A stretch of 35,482 nt of DNA, from NCBI GenBank assembly GCA_963817915.1, contig CAWFQL010000004.1, positions 1 through 35,482 of the forward strand. Reading direction: 5' to 3'. The notes beneath the pieces are model-generated. The model saw nothing but the letters and a program-made list of their open reading frames with translations, searched no databases and was not told where the DNA came from. The position numbers and the translations under genes were made by a program. Positions 9,850-20,212 of this stretch are shown here, piece after piece; positions within the stretch are counted from its first letter, which is position 1, and every line of letters starts with the position of its first letter. The stretch is from an uncultured candidate division Zixibacteria bacterium. GTDB lineage: Bacteria; Zixibacteria; MSB-5A5; UBA10806.

Positions 9850-11042
9850 ATGAATAGAATAATTCTGTTTGGCTTTTTGACTCTATTTTTATGCTTATTA
9901 ATGGCGATAACCGCTTTTGCCGGCTGGTCTGAGCCGGTGCCGGTTCAAGAACTTAATATGAGCGGTGATGAATTCTCCCCATATCTTTCGGCTAACGGCC
10001 AAATTATGATATTTGATGCCCAGGGCACAGTGACCATGAGCCATTGGAATGGCACTAGTTGGGGGCCAAGGAAATATTTCCTGCACCAATTAACTATGAG
10101 GGCCTGCAACGGCAAGCCGCGATAACTCCCGACCTGCGTTGGATTTACTGGGTTTCATGGAGAGCAGGAGGTTTGGGGATGTGGGATATCTGGCGGGTAA
10201 GTTGGGATGATAGCAGCCATACTTGCGGTCCGGCTGAGTGTCTCGGCCCCAATGTTAACTCGGCAGATATAGAATTTGGCGTTTGCTTTTCCGCTGATGG
10301 GCAACGCATGTATTTTGATACAGATACCCATTATAAAAATGGACAATATAATTATGGTTCAGATGATATCTGGTATGTCGATTGGGATAGCACCCTAAGC
10401 GACTGGGGTGTTCCGTATAATTTAGGACCTCTTATTAATACAACGGATTTAGAAGAATTTCCATACATTTCAGCAGATGGTAATTATCTTTATTTTTCCT
10501 GCCCAGGCGGTCACCATGTGCCAGGTTGGCAAGGTGAATTTGATATATATAGGGCTGTTAAAAATGGAAATACTTGGGAATATGTAGAGAATTTACTGCC
10601 ACCCATTAATTCAGCGACTTGGGATTTGGGAGCTTCAATTTCGCCCAACAACCTAAAATTATATTTCTGTACTCATCGCAACAGGGATCCTAATGCAGAC
10701 TATGAAATTATGGTTTCCACATGGGAGCTGGAGGGGATAGAAGATGATAGTATTGAACAGGAAGATAATACGATAAAACTTGATCTATATCCCAATCCAT
10801 TCAACGAGCAAGTTGGGATTAGGTTAGGGGCATATGGAGAAACGAAAGCCAATATAAAAATTTATGATATTGCCGGGCAGAAGGTGAGGCAGTATGCCAT
10901 AGAACTCAGGGGTGGTGCAGGTATGGCAACATCGGATGGCAAGAATCAGCAAGGCCAAAAAGTGGGAACGGGAAATTATATTGTTAAGATAGAATTTCCT
11001 GATGGGATTGAGATGCGAAGAGTGATAACCTTACTGAAATAG
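9850..11042 (+). CDS. Secreted PD40/TolB-like beta-propeller protein with YPNPFN C-terminal domain (one frameshift near 10065-10075)
   Basis: Signal peptide in 9850-10125. Repeats such as NLGPLINT..EEFPYISADGNYLYF. C-terminal LYPNPFN...IYDIAGQ...ITLLK. Confidence 0.85.
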
Positions 11043-11065
11043 TCACAAAATCATAGGAGGTTGAA

Positions 11066-11182
11066 TTGATTCGGTTTACTGTGATTATCGCCACCGTATT
11101 ATTCTCTGGGCTTTCGCAATTGGCTTATGGTGTATATGAAAATCTTGGGGATCACGACTCTACGTATATTTTTTCATATTAA
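11066..11182 (+). pseudogene. 38-aa ORF, essentially a signal peptide; probable truncated secreted-protein gene
   Basis: RBS AGGAGG, TTG start, MIRFTVIIATVLFSGLSQLAYGVYENLGDHDSTYIFSY*; ends 11 bp before the REP. Confidence 0.5.
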
Positions 11183-11193
11183 GCAATTTTGTC

Positions 11194-11219
11194 CGCATAG
11201 GCGGCCCTTTCAGGGCCGC
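11194..11219 (+). repeat. REP element (left copy)
   Basis: CGC-ATAG-GCGGCCCT-TTC-AGGGCCGC; exact reverse complement of 11702-11727. Confidence 0.9.
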
Positions 11220-11223
11220 GAGG

Positions 11224-11691
11224 ATGTTAATGCCGAAACTTCGTCACATTAAAATTGAAAACGGCGTAGATTTCATCACCACCTGCATAAAGAACAAAGA
11301 AACTATTTTTTCCAATTATGCCAACGCGCGTATTTTATTAGATGCCATATTATTTGGAAGAAAATCAGGATGGTACTATCTCTTTGGCTTTGTAATCATG
11401 CCGGATCATCTGCATATTGCATTGGGGCCGGGAGAAAGAAGGGTGCCGTCGATAATGCAGGGCCTAAAAGGCTTTTCGTCGAAGAAAATAAACGAGTTAC
11501 ATAAAAAGTCCGGACCTGTCTGGCAGCGAGGGTATCGCGATTTTTATATTTATAAACCGGAAACCTGCCTTCAGAAATTGCGATATATTGAGGAGAATCC
11601 TGTAAGGGCGGGGCTCGTCGATATTCCAACAAAACATCCGTTTTCCTCAGCCGGAAGAGAAGAGCTTTTAGATCTTTCCATGTTGTTTTAA
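11224..11691 (+). mobile_element. REP-associated tyrosine transposase (RAYT/TnpA-REP, Y1 HUH family)
   Basis: FITTC, MPDHLH (HUH), WQRGYRD and YIEENPVRAGLV (catalytic Tyr) motifs; flanked by palindromic REPs. Confidence 0.9.
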
Positions 11692-11701
11692 TCTAATTAG
11701 T

Positions 11702-11727
11702 GCGGCCCTGAAAGGGCCGCCTATGCG
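11702..11727 (-). repeat. REP element (right copy, inverted)
   Basis: GCGGCCCTGAAAGGGCCGCCTATGCG. Confidence 0.9.
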
Positions 11728-11817
11728 ATTTGTGGAGTCGCAATCCGCTGCAAATTCCAAATAGCACCTTGCGGGGTTCCCTATTACCCCCTTAGATTAA
11801 CTACATTGTTTTTTTAC

Positions 11818-11844
11818 GCGGCCCCTGAAAGGGCCGCCGGTGCG
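11818..11844 (-). repeat. Third, degenerate REP copy
   Basis: GCGGCCCCTGAAAGGGCCGCCGGTGCG. Confidence 0.8.
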
Positions 11845-11950
11845 ATTGCAGGGAACGTAATCCCCCCGCAAAAACCATATAGCATCCCGACGAAATTTCA
11901 TATTATATTCCCGCCATATTAACTTAACTTGTGACGTTGGGAAGGGATAA

Positions 11951-13049
11951 ATGATAAAGAAAACGCCGTTTTACGATATCCATCAAAAAGCCGGAGCCAA
12001 GATTGTCGAGTTCGCCGGCTACTGGATGCCGATTCAATACCGTTCAATTACCGAGGAACATAAACGTGTCAGAAAAAGCGTGGGGCTCTTCGATCTCACC
12101 CACATGGGCGAGTTCGCAGTCTCCGGGCCCGGCGCCCAGGAGTTCGTACAGCTGCGCGGTCACCAACGATATCGCCTCGCTGGGACTGGGCCAGGTCATG
12201 TATACCGCCATGTGCTACCCCGATGGCGGTATCGTCGATGATCTCCTGGTCTACAACCTTGGCGATATCCAGTATCTGGTGGTCAACGCCTCCAATATCG
12301 ATAAGGACTTTGCGCACCTGCAGTCGCTGATCAAAACCAGCGATGTCAAACTCGAGAATCATCTCCGACCAGACCGCCCTGCTGGCCATTCAAGGCCCCG
12401 ATGCCGAAAAGGTGATGGCCAAGCTGACCGATTACGATCTCCCCAGTATGCCGTTCTACTGGTCTGCGACCGCCAAGATCGCTGGAGTCGAGATGCTTTT
12501 CTCCCGCACCGGCTATACCGGCGAGGATGGTTTCGAGCTGTATTTCGCGCCCGCAGCATGCCGAGAAGCTCTGGCACGCCGCTGTCGAGGCCGCCCGTGA
12601 GTTCGATTGCGAGCCGATCGGGCTGGGCGCCCGCGATTCCCTGCGCCTCGAGATGAAATATGCCCTTTACGGAAATGATATCGATGCCACTACCAATCCG
12701 CTCGATGCCGGACTTGGCTGGGTAGTAAAACTCGAAAAAGGCGAATTTGTTGGTCAGCGATGCGATTATGAAGGTCAAAGAGGCCGGAATCAAGCGCAAA
12801 AACGTGGCTTTCGAGCTGAACGAGAAGGGTTTCCCTCGTCAGCACTACCCGATAGTCATCGATGGCAAGAAGGCCGGAGAGGTGACATCGGGGACCTTTT
12901 CTCCAATGCTGGAGAAGGGGATCGGAACCGGATATGTTCCGCGGAGTATTCCAAAATTGGAGACGGAAATAGGGATCGATATACAGGGGTAAGGTAATCC
13001 CGGCGAGGTTGTTAAGCCGCCGTTCTATAAGTTCGGCACCCGTCGTTAA
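11951..13049 (+). CDS. gcvT: Glycine cleavage system aminomethyltransferase T (multiple frameshifts)
   Basis: [73 protein letters not shown] and VVKPPFY across frames. Confidence 0.93.
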
Positions 13050-13090
13050 GCCGGGTTATAAATCCCATATAATTTCCGATATTGATAGTG

Positions 13091-13972
13091 ATGAGCAACA
13101 GTGGGAATATCACCGAGGTCATTGCTCTATTTACCCCATCGGAGTTGATAGGGCTGGACCTTCATGGGTCAACATAATCGTTATCGATGTCCTTCGGGGG
13201 TCATCGACTATTATCAATGCCCTCAAGAACGGGGCTAATCGGATAGTCCCAGTCGGCGAGGTTGCCGATGCCAGGGCTATGGCCGATAATTATTCCACCG
13301 GAGAATTTATCCTTTGCGCCGAACGAAACGGCCTCAGAGTCGAGGGTTTCAGCCTGGGAAATTCGCCTATGGAGTATGACCCGGAAATCGTCGCCGGCAA
13401 GGATCTGATTTATTCCTCGACCAATTGCTCCAAGGCTCTTTTAGCATCATATGCCGCCGATCGCGTACTGGTGGGGACATTCAATAATCTCACCGCGGTT
13501 TGGGATTCGCTTATTTTACCGGGACGGATTTTCCTGGTTTGCTCCGGCAAGATGGGGACGATTCGCTCTCGAAGACGCGGTTTGCGCCGGGATGTTTGTC
13601 AATGAATTCCTCAAAGATATCACCTATGAAGTGGCCTTGAACGATGCCGCTAGAACCGCCAAGCTTCTTTTCGATTTCCACCATCGTGATATATTGGCGA
13701 TGTTAAAAGAATCGTCGCATGGCAACTATCTACAGCAGCTGGGGCTATTGCGCGATCTTGAATTTGCCGCCGCTGTTGATACGGTACGTATAGTCCCCGA
13801 GCTATCACTCGATAAGACATACATCTTTGCCACCTATATTCCCAAAACCAAGATCAAGGAAGAACCTGAGCCGCCACAGCCGACCTATATCGAGCCGGTT
13901 TATCGTACTACCGCGATCGCGATCGAGCCGGGCTTGGCCGATGTTAGTTTTATCGAAGATCCGGACATATAG
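13091..13972 (+). CDS. comB: 2-phosphosulfolactate phosphatase family protein (two frameshifts)
   Basis: VIDVLRGSSTI, AERNG..GFSLGNSP, SSTNC and ALEDAVCAG motifs; reconstructed start at ATG 13091. Confidence 0.85.
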
Positions 13973-14090
13973 GAATCTATCAGGAAAACCACCTAACTCG
14001 ATTTTATAAATGATTCAGGCCTGTTGGAGTCAAAATCCAGCAGGCCGTTGAATTATTGTCGGAATGCCATATCGCTATGCGGATGGCAAT

Positions 14091-14684
14091 TTATTTCAGA
14101 GTTATGCTGCCGCTCGATTTCCAGTCTCTCAGAATCGCGATGGATACTCTGGCGTTTTCGGCGCTGAAGAGATAGAGCTCCGATGTCAGACGATTGAATT
14201 CGGTCGGCCTGTTTTCCTCGGCCCAGGGGATCAACGATGCCATGACTCCGTTAAACCGATCTATACTGGGATTATCCAGTTCCGCCCGCAGGTAGTGAAT
14301 TTTACCTTCTTTTATCACCAGGTAGAATTTCGCGAATTTGAAAGGGGGCAGTCCGGCGCCTTCCAGCCAATCATTGTTCTCGGTGGCATTGAGAAAAACC
14401 GTATCGCCAACAGTTCTTTGGATGGCCAACGTGTACTGAGAGTGGAGCGCGGAATCGTAGGCGGCTTTTCCGCGCAGTTCGTCCGGGCCCCAGAGCGATG
14501 GTCCCATTCCGGCGAAATCGGCCCGGGAATCGGGATAGATCAGCGCCATGACAGAATCGACATCGCCGGCATTATGGGCGGCCTGATAGGCCTGCACCAC
14601 TTTTTGCGGCGATGGCGTACGCGAGCAAGCCAGCGCTACCGAAAGCGCCAGAGCGAATAAGATTAGAATGACTATTTTTTTCAT
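14091..14684 (-). CDS. Lipoprotein, NTF2/SnoaL-like fold
   Basis: Lipobox ALAC; VVQAYQAAHNAGDVDSVMAL..PD pattern. Confidence 0.7.
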   Translation of the reverse strand: MKKIVILILFALALSVALACSRTPSPQKVVQAYQAAHNAGDVDSVMALIYPDSRADFAGMGPSLWGPDELRGKAAYDSALHSQYTLAIQRTVGDTVFLNATENNDWLEGAGLPPFKFAKFYLVIKEGKIHYLRAELDNPSIDRFNGVMASLIPWAEENRPTEFNRLTSELYLFSAENARVSIAILRDWKSSGSITLK

Positions 14685-14722
14685 GAGATGATGATATAAT
14701 ATAGCAATTGAAAATTCCAGAA

Positions 14723-14760
14723 TAAAGAAAAGCCCGATACGGAATTTTCCATACCGGGCT
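14723..14760 (-). terminator. Intrinsic terminator of the M32 gene
   Basis: Minus strand AGCCCGGTATGGAA-AA-TTCCGTATCGGGCT then TTTCTTT. Confidence 0.7.
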
Positions 14761-14780
14761 ATACGATTTATTAAGCTCTT

Positions 14781-16303
14781 TTACTTTATGCCGTAGAGAG
14801 CGCCGTATTTGTTTTTCAGATAGTTAATCAGCGGTTGATGATCGAGCGGCTTTTCCCGTGACACGCTTGACCAGATCCTCGGCGCGGTAGCGTTGCCCGT
14901 GGCAATGAATATTGCTTCTCAGCCACTTCAGCAATTCCGTGAAATTGCCCGAGGCGATCTGCTGATCGAGATTAGCAATATCCGCTTTCGCCTTGGCGAA
15001 GAACTGCGCCGAATAGAGATTTCCGAGAGTGTAGGTCGGGAAATATCCGATTAGTCCGGCCGCCCAGTGAACATCCTGCAAACATCCTTCGGAGTCATTT
15101 TCCGGCACGATACCGAAATACTTTTTGAATCTCTCGTTCCAGATAGCGGGGACATCGGCAACCTTTAGCTCGCCGTTGACGATGGCGCTCTCGATTTCAA
15201 ATCTCAGCAGAATATGGAGATTATAGGTCGCCTCGTCGGCCTCGACCCTTATAAACGACGGCCTGACATCGTTGACCGCGAAATAAAAATCATCGAGCTT
15301 GACATCGGCCAGCGCCTGCGGGAACGCCGCCTGAGCCTTGGGATAGAAGTGCTGCCAGAATGGACGGCTGCGTCCGATGAGATTTTCCCACATACGCGAT
15401 TGCGATTCATGAATCCCCAGCGATGCAGAATCGCCAGTTGGCAGGCCATAGTTTTCGCCGGGCAATCCCTGCTCATAGATGCCGTGCCCGGCTTCATGCA
15501 GTATGCCGAAAAATGCCTGAGGAAAATGATTGCGATTATAGCGCGTCGTAATTCGTATATCGTGCGGTCCAAGCCCCGTGCAAAACGGATGAGTGGTGAC
15601 ATCGAGACGGCCCGAATCGAAACTGAAGCCTATCGCCTTGGCGGCATCGGCGCCAAACCTGGCCTGAACATCGACAGGATAATCGCGAGTGATAATGGTG
15701 AGGTTCGGTTGTTTTCCGGAATCTTTAATTTTGGCGATAAGATCGACAAGCTCGCCGCGTAAATTAGCGAATACCGCCGTTATGCTCTTAGTTGTAGCGC
15801 CCGGCTCGAAATCATCGAGCATGGCGTCATAAGGAGTTGTGGCATACCCGACCGCCTCTGCCTGACGGATTCTCAGGGCGTATACTTTTTCCATCCAGGG
15901 ACGGAAACTGGCGAAATCCGATTTCTCTCTGGCCTCCTGCCAGGCACCCTGTGACATGACGATAGTCTTGCTCAACTCTTCAACGAGGGATTTCGGGATT
16001 TTGACCTCTTTGTCGTAAATCCGCTTTAGCTCCCGGATGTTGGCCGCATCAGATCGTATCGTCATTGAGCTTGATGCCATCGTTGATAATGCTTTCCAGG
16101 ATTTCGCCGTTACGGGGCGATACGAATTTTTCGTGTGTCATGCCGGCCATTAACGAGGCCTGATTTCCGCGATGTTCGGAGCCGTTGCGCGGCATATAGG
16201 TTCGCTCATCCCAATCGAGGAGTGCGGCGCAGGAACGCAGGGTAGCGATCTCGCGCATGTTGTTGTAGAGCTCATCGAGCAGCTTTTTGGTTTTTTCTAC
16301 CAT
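14781..16303 (-). CDS. Carboxypeptidase M32 (Taq-type); frameshifts near 16065 and 14850
   Basis: LLDWDERTYMP, HPF, HEAGH (HEXXH), HESQS, IRVEADE, QDVHW, GYFPTY; reconstructed C-terminus YLKNKYGALYGIK*. Confidence 0.93.
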
Positions 16304-16526
16304 TTCATATTTCCTTTATTGATAAATTAATATTTCAAACACGCCAATCCAACCGCCCAATCTACAAAAATCCGAAATGCGGAAACAAACAAAAACAGGT
16401 ACAAACCGGATTGTAGTACGAAATTAGCCTGAATAGGGTTCGGGTAGAATTTCAAATCGATAATGTTTATTTGCAGCGGATATGTTTTTTAGTGCAAATT
16501 CCGTGGAAATTTGATAACTTTGGGAT

Positions 16527-17708
16527 GTGCGCTTAATTAACCTTGTAATATCCGCCAGTATTGTGTTTTTCGTGATTGGCGGAGTCAACATTCTCCTGTT
16601 CTGGCTGCTTCACCCGACCTGGTGGAAACGCAGACTCCTACGCTATCCCGTGATAATTATGCCGTTTTTGGCATCGGGCGCGGCGATCCTCTGGGCTGTG
16701 GCCTTTCTTCGTCATTGGGATGGCGCGCTTTTTTGGGGAATGAATCTCGCTCCGGTCTTCTTTGTGCTGGAAGCCACACTTCTGATAACCTTGCCAATAT
16801 CCGGTATAATACACTCTATAATTCGGGCAATCGATAGGGGTCACCGGAAAAAGGGAGATTTTTCGCCTGGAAGACGACGTTTCGTAAAGGGCGCTGCTGC
16901 CATTTTCCCGGCGAGTGCCGTGGCCGGTGGATTGACAGGGGTAATCGATTCCTACAGAGATATCGAAATTCCAGTGCGCCGGCTTGCCATACCCGGATTG
17001 CCGGGGCCGCTATTCGGATTGAGAATCGCGCATCTATCGGATCTTCACCTCGGTTATTATATTCATCTTGAGCAATTGCAGAAGGCGATTGAAAACATTC
17101 GTCCTCACCGGCCGGACCTGGTGCTTTTTACCGGCGATATCTCCGACGATCTCGCGCAATTGCCGCAAGTGCTCGAAATGGTGGATTCATTGCAGCCTCG
17201 TTTTGGCACTTACGCTTGTGTCGGGAATCATGAGTACTACAGGGGAATACAGGAGGTCACCGCTATTTTCGAGAAAGCGCCTTTCCCCATGCTGATTAAC
17301 CGCCATATCAATATTAATATTGGCGGCGTTAATGTCTACCTCGGTGGCGCTGATGATCCTCGATACCTGCGCCACGACTACAGCGATTTTTTACGCTCAA
17401 CAATCGAACGTACCATGGGAGCCGCCTCGTCTGATGCTTTCAAGATCCTTATGTGCCATCGCCCGGAAGCGCTCAACTATGCCGCCACCAAAGGGATCGA
17501 TTTGGTGCTGGCGGGCCACACTCATGGCGGCCAATTAGGATTTGGCGGCCGGAGCGCCTTTGAAAGCATTTTCCCTGAAAAATACCTCTGGGGCATATAT
17601 CGACGCGGCCCGACTACGATGTACACGTCGGGGGGTATGGGACACTGGTTTCCGTTCCGCTTGGGCGTACCAGCTGAGGCCCCAATTCTAATTCTAGAAA
17701 AAGCTTAG
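16527..17708 (+). CDS. Membrane-anchored metallophosphoesterase (YkuE/YaeI-like)
   Basis: Three N-terminal TM segments, RRRF, DLH, GD, GNHE and GHTHGGQ motifs. Confidence 0.9.
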   Translation: MRLINLVISASIVFFVIGGVNILLFWLLHPTWWKRRLLRYPVIIMPFLASGAAILWAVAFLRHWDGALFWGMNLAPVFFVLEATLLITLPISGIIHSIIRAIDRGHRKKGDFSPGRRRFVKGAAAIFPASAVAGGLTGVIDSYRDIEIPVRRLAIPGLPGPLFGLRIAHLSDLHLGYYIHLEQLQKAIENIRPHRPDLVLFTGDISDDLAQLPQVLEMVDSLQPRFGTYACVGNHEYYRGIQEVTAIFEKAPFPMLINRHININIGGVNVYLGGADDPRYLRHDYSDFLRSTIERTMGAASSDAFKILMCHRPEALNYAATKGIDLVLAGHTHGGQLGFGGRSAFESIFPEKYLWGIYRRGPTTMYTSGGMGHWFPFRLGVPAEAPILILEKA

Positions 17709-18237
17709 AACAGATAATACCCACCCTTCAAATATTTCTATTTAGAAAGGGCACACCCCGCTTAATGAGTAGGGTCAGTCAATTATTGCGTGGCCGGAAA
17801 CAGTTGCGCGGTAAAATTAGTATAATGTCAAAGAAACTCAATATTTTTAGAACGGGGGAATATATGGATAGGCCGGATTCGATTCTAAAAAGCAGGTTAT
17901 TCTGGATTATCTCTGCTTTTCTGTTTTATCTCGCTTTGCCGCGTCCTTTCAGGGCGGTAAGTAGATTCGTTTTCTTCAGGGTCTTGCCCAACTTGATGTT
18001 GATAGCCAGCATTCTCAGCGTTTTCCCGTTGCATAAGCTGGCCGATACGTCGCAGCAAATTCCAGTCGAAAGCGGTAACGCCGGACAGGTTGGCTGAGCC
18101 TATTACACATTCCGAGGCCGGGCGAGATGGGTAAATTGCGGATAGCCGGCTTGAAGAAATTATAAAAATACGTATGAGAGATTTATTCGAAAGGCGAAGT
18201 TATCGGCGATATTCTGCGCGGCGGCATTTATTCGAAA

Positions 18238-18927
18238 TCAAATTCCCTTTATCAGCCCTACTGTCCGGTCGGGTTCGATTTTGATCGTGAAGGAATCTAT
18301 TTTCGCCGTCGTCACATAATCGGTGGCAAAACTATCGACCTCGGCAAACCATTTAAAATAACGGCTATCGCGGAATAATCTGAAAGCCGCGCTGCCGCCA
18401 CCCTCGAGCACATAGTAATCTAACAAAGCCCCCGATGCGTTGGGGGGCAGACGCTCTATAAAACGGCTGTCGAACTGTTTGATTTTATAGGCCCGCGCGG
18501 GAAGATCGAGATATTTATTGCCGATTTTGAATCTTATAATCTCGCCTGAAAATTTCCAGGAATCCCCGGAAAGATAAAACTGATTGGGCAATGCTGTCGA
18601 ATCGCCGAACAGCGGCATATAGGTCATGTGCAACGATCTTACCGGGTCGTTCTGGCGCTGGATCTGCAATTTACCAATTTGGGATGTCGCCCCTATCGGC
18701 CTATAGTAAGTAATTTGGGATGACAGCCAGAAAAAGGCCTGCGAGAGAACAATCAGAACAAGCGCCAGAATGATAAACGATACCCTGGGATTTTTTGGCG
18801 GACGGTGCATTGGATCGCCGGTATCGCGGTATCTAATTCTTTTGATTATCCGGCGAAGCGATAAGGTCAGAAATAGAATACCGATAGCGAATATTACAGT
18901 GCCCAGAAGAGTCAGCCTGAAGCCCAT
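18238..18927 (-). CDS. Hypothetical membrane protein with two N-terminal TM helices
   Basis: 229-aa ORF 9 bp downstream of the bactofilin gene on the same strand. Confidence 0.75.
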   Translation of the reverse strand: MGFRLTLLGTVIFAIGILFLTLSLRRIIKRIRYRDTGDPMHRPPKNPRVSFIILALVLIVLSQAFFWLSSQITYYRPIGATSQIGKLQIQRQNDPVRSLHMTYMPLFGDSTALPNQFYLSGDSWKFSGEIIRFKIGNKYLDLPARAYKIKQFDSRFIERLPPNASGALLDYYVLEGGGSAAFRLFRDSRYFKWFAEVDSFATDYVTTAKIDSFTIKIEPDRTVGLIKGI

Positions 18928-18936
18928 TGGGAAACC

Positions 18937-19398
18937 CTAACGAGGCTGTGTTGGCTTGGGCGGTTCAGGCTTGGGTGCGCTTGATTGCGCAGAGGTTGAG
19001 GCTGCCTGCGTGGCCCCGCCGACATCCTTCATCTTGGAATTTCCATGGAAGATGGCGCCGTGCTCGATCAGGAGCGATTTCGACGTAATATCGCCCAATA
19101 GTTCGCTCTTAGTCTGCAATTCGACTTTTTCCGAGGCGTAGAGATTTCCCTCTACTCTGCCGCCGATGATGATCGCCTTGGCCCGTATCTCGGCCTTGAC
19201 AACTCCGGTGGCTCCGACAGTGACGATATCGTTGGAGACAAGCTTACCGGTGACATTGCCGTCGATCCGCGTGGCTCCCTCGATAGTGACCGTACCGTCG
19301 ATATTCGTTCCCTTGCCAATTATAGTTTCGATACGTCCCTCTCCTTTTTGACCGTTCATATCTTCCTCATTTCCAAATATTTTCATATCAAGCTTCAT
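18937..19398 (-). CDS. Bactofilin (polymer-forming cytoskeletal protein)
   Basis: ETIIGKGTNIDG..RIDG..G.VEGN..A.EKVEL...GDI...L.IEHGAIFHG. Confidence 0.92.
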   Translation of the reverse strand: MKLDMKIFGNEEDMNGQKGEGRIETIIGKGTNIDGTVTIEGATRIDGNVTGKLVSNDIVTVGATGVVKAEIRAKAIIIGGRVEGNLYASEKVELQTKSELLGDITSKSLLIEHGAIFHGNSKMKDVGGATQAASTSAQSSAPKPEPPKPTQPR

Positions 19399-19408
19399 AG
19401 CTTTCCCC

Positions 19409-20209
19409 TCAATCTATAAAGGGAGCAGGATCGATCGGTGTACCATCTTTGATTATTTCGTAATGCAGATGAGGCGCCGATGATTGCCCGGTATTACCAG
19501 ATAACGCTATAACCTCTCCCTTATTTACTTTGTCTCCCTTTTTTACTAATAACTCTTTGTTGTGGCCGTAGGACGTAAGATATCCGTTGCCGTGATCAAT
19601 TACAACTAAAAAGCCAAGATACTCATCCCATCCGGCCGTGATTACCTCACCCGCGGCCGTGGCCGAAACTGCGGTTCCCTCTTTGACCGCGAAATCGATA
19701 CCGCTATGTTTGCCGCGCGATCCGTCATCCGCCGAGAATCTCTTTGATATCCAGCCGTACAGAGGTCGTCCCGATGGCACATGCTGAGCCACCAACTCTT
19801 CCGGCGTGAGCGTAGCCGATGCGGAACTCTTGGGCTTTTGCGGGGCCGTTGCGTCCCGGACCGCGTTCAGGGAATCGAAATTTATTTTCGATGGCCCTTT
19901 GAGATCCTCGAGATTTATACCCGCCAACTCCGCCAGGCGGGCAGTCAGTTCCTGATTGCGTTTAAAGCTTTTTTCAATATCGATCACTTTCGTGAAATAC
20001 TCGCGCAATCTTTGATTCTCTTCCTGCAGCATCGCTGATTTAGATGCCTGTACAGATAGCCGGGAATAAACTATTGTAATACCTATCAGAAAAATAATCC
20101 AGATCGAAATAAGGGCCAATAGCAATTTGAACAGCCCAGCCGAGACCGTGCGTGAATAAACCTTATCCCCTCCCTCGGGGACAATCATGAGAGTCAGTTT
20201 TCTGCTCAG
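19409..20209 (-). CDS. M23 family peptidase with N-terminal TM and coiled coil (start CTG 20209 or ATG 20188)
   Basis: HSGID, YGH and STG-like TGQSSAPHLHYE motifs; adjacent to bactofilin. Confidence 0.9.
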   Translation of the reverse strand: MSRKLTLMIVPEGGDKVYSRTVSAGLFKLLLALISIWIIFLIGITIVYSRLSVQASKSAMLQEENQRLREYFTKVIDIEKSFKRNQELTARLAELAGINLEDLKGPSKINFDSLNAVRDATAPQKPKSSASATLTPEELVAQHVPSGRPLYGWISKRFSADDGSRGKHSGIDFAVKEGTAVSATAAGEVITAGWDEYLGFLVVIDHGNGYLTSYGHNKELLVKKGDKVNKGEVIALSGNTGQSSAPHLHYEIIKDGTPIDPAPFID

Positions 20210-20212
20210 ATA

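Noticed and set aside
11194..11885. CRISPR array or IS200/IS605 element
   Set aside because: Only three palindromes, in mixed orientation and with related spacers; no cas or tnpB gene; the protein motifs fit RAYT.
11850..11950. Glycine riboswitch upstream of gcvT
   Set aside because: No recognisable GGAGA...CCGAAG...CTCTCAGG aptamer pattern.
14064..15762. Long plus-strand ORFs (14064-14660, 15214-15762) and similar antisense ORFs elsewhere
   Set aside because: They are shadows of well-supported genes on the opposite strand.
17765..18097. 110-aa plus-strand ORF
   Set aside because: No recognisable motif or convincing RBS; probably spurious.
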